A stretch of 62,967 nucleotides of DNA from an uncultured Candidatus Saccharibacteria bacterium. GTDB lineage: Bacteria; Patescibacteriota; Saccharimonadia; Saccharimonadales; EFPC-124. Below the pieces are notes generated by a model. It ran no database searches. It had not been told where the DNA came from and was given only the letters and a program-made list of their open reading frames with translations. Location: contig CAYURH010000003.1 of NCBI GenBank assembly GCA_964447105.1, forward strand, positions 1 through 62,967, given 5' to 3'. Positions 62,301 to 62,967 of the stretch are shown in pieces (the stretch's first letter is position 1; the number at the start of each line of letters is the position of its first letter). A program made the position numbers and the translations under genes.

Positions 62301-62967
62301 TTAATATCCTTGTGGGGTTTGATCTGGCTGACCTGAATAGCTAGCTGGCGCCGACTGCTCCCCATACATAGCCTGTAGTTGCTGGAGCTGTTGTGGGTTG
62401 GTGGTGATTAGCGCGGTTTCGGTAGGGCTGGCAATGACTTGCATGTGTACATGGTTGGCGCCGGCAAAGAAAAGCCCCTGCCCTACTGGGAATTGCGCCA
62501 AGCGCTTTTTTTCTTCGTCGGTGAGTTTGAATACTTCGGCAAGTACGTCCACAGCCGATGTGGATTGTTTGAGGAGCATTTGCATGCTGGCGTTAGCCAC
62601 GATGGCACGGCCCATTTTGCTGCCCATGAAATCTTCTACATCCTGAGTAATGGCAGTAAGGCCTAAGTAGTATTTACGCGCGCGTTTAGCCAGTGAGAAT
62701 AAGAAGTTGGCAGAATCGTCGTATTTCATGAGCTGCCACGCCTCGTCCACGATGAGTAGACGCCGACGTTGATCGGCTCGGGTTTTGTTCCAGATGTAAC
62801 TCAGTACAATGTACATGGCCACGGGACGCAGTTCATCTTCGAGGTCGCGGATGCTAAATACTACCATACTGTTGTTGATGTTTACATTCGACTGTTGACT
62901 AAAGATACCGGCAAAAGTGCCTGTGGTAAATTTGCGCAAGCGCTGCGCCAGCTGGGGGCCGCTGCCG
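62301..62967 (-). CDS. VirB4/TrbE-type type IV secretion ATPase, C-terminal part (5' end beyond the window)
   Basis: RRLLIVDEAWQLMKYD (Walker B) and YYLGLTAITQDVEDF. The frame stays open upstream of the track start (a TTG) to the window edge: ..GSGPQLAQRLRKFTTG. Confidence 0.85.
   Translation of the reverse strand, partial: GSGPQLAQRLRKFTTGTFAGIFSQQSNVNINNSMVVFSIRDLEDELRPVAMYIVLSYIWNKTRADQRRRLLIVDEAWQLMKYDDSANFLFSLAKRARKYYLGLTAITQDVEDFMGSKMGRAIVANASMQMLLKQSTSAVDVLAEVFKLTDEEKKRLAQFPVGQGLFFAGANHVHMQVIASPTETALITTNPQQLQQLQAMYGEQSAPASYSGQPDQTPQGY

Noticed and set aside
1-62967. Search for CRISPR arrays, rRNA genes, transposases/integrases and long dispersed repeats
   Set aside because: By eye I found no regularly spaced direct repeats of 25-40 nt, no rRNA-like conserved stretches, and no DDE, tyrosine or serine recombinase ORFs. 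The only repeats seen are intragenic coding repeats, the 36-nt inverted repeat pair and the tRNA-derived fragments. A computational repeat search could still find things I missed.

Overview
Taxonomy and overall layout: This is a gene-dense bacterial chromosome segment. GC looks near 50% by eye. It uses the standard code, with many ATGA/TAATG start-stop overlaps. It spans the replication origin: rpmH-rnpA-yidC-jag on the minus strand, then dnaA-dnaN-recF on the plus strand. My guess is a small-genome monoderm lineage such as Saccharibacteria/CPR. That taxonomic call is a low-confidence inference from gene content only.

Glycan biosynthesis block: About two thirds of the window (1-3.3 kb and 16-51 kb) is one very large cell-envelope glycan region. 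It contains:
- a polyprenyl-phosphate hexose-1-P transferase;
- an O-antigen-ligase-like protein and a Wzx-like flippase;
- a dTDP-6-deoxyhexose operon;
- a UDP-sugar dehydrogenase and an epimerase;
- three GT4 genes and seven GT2 genes, four of them DPM1/GtrB-like;
- a GtrA-like protein and a DUF2304 protein;
- four large polytopic, GT-C-like membrane proteins, two of which are clear paralogs of an unnamed family;
- a complete Wzm/Wzt ABC-export module with a methyltransferase/coiled-coil candidate chain terminator.

Other content:
- Ku-LigD NHEJ;
- tRNA-Asn with a perfect 19-bp terminator hairpin;
- a GNAT toxin with a 57-aa upstream partner;
- secreted wall-active or binding proteins: GH16, a CHAP domain plus 7 repeats, a 5x53-aa repeat protein, and a PKD protein;
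- at the right edge, a Gram-positive-type type IV secretion module (VirB4-like ATPase, an 875-aa membrane protein, an NlpC/P60-type hydrolase).

Most noteworthy items:
1. A four-helix-bundle (23S rRNA IVS-protein family) gene sits between 36-nt inverted repeats. It is inserted between two glycan genes and supplies the start codon of the downstream one.
2. The 4+4 set of polyprenyl-P-sugar synthases and GT-C-like proteins, including the uncharacterised paralog pair.
3. An NRS/ER-like single enzyme sits where RmlC+RmlD are expected.

Limits: No CRISPR array, rRNA or transposase was seen. All functional calls come from reading motifs by eye. No database search was possible.
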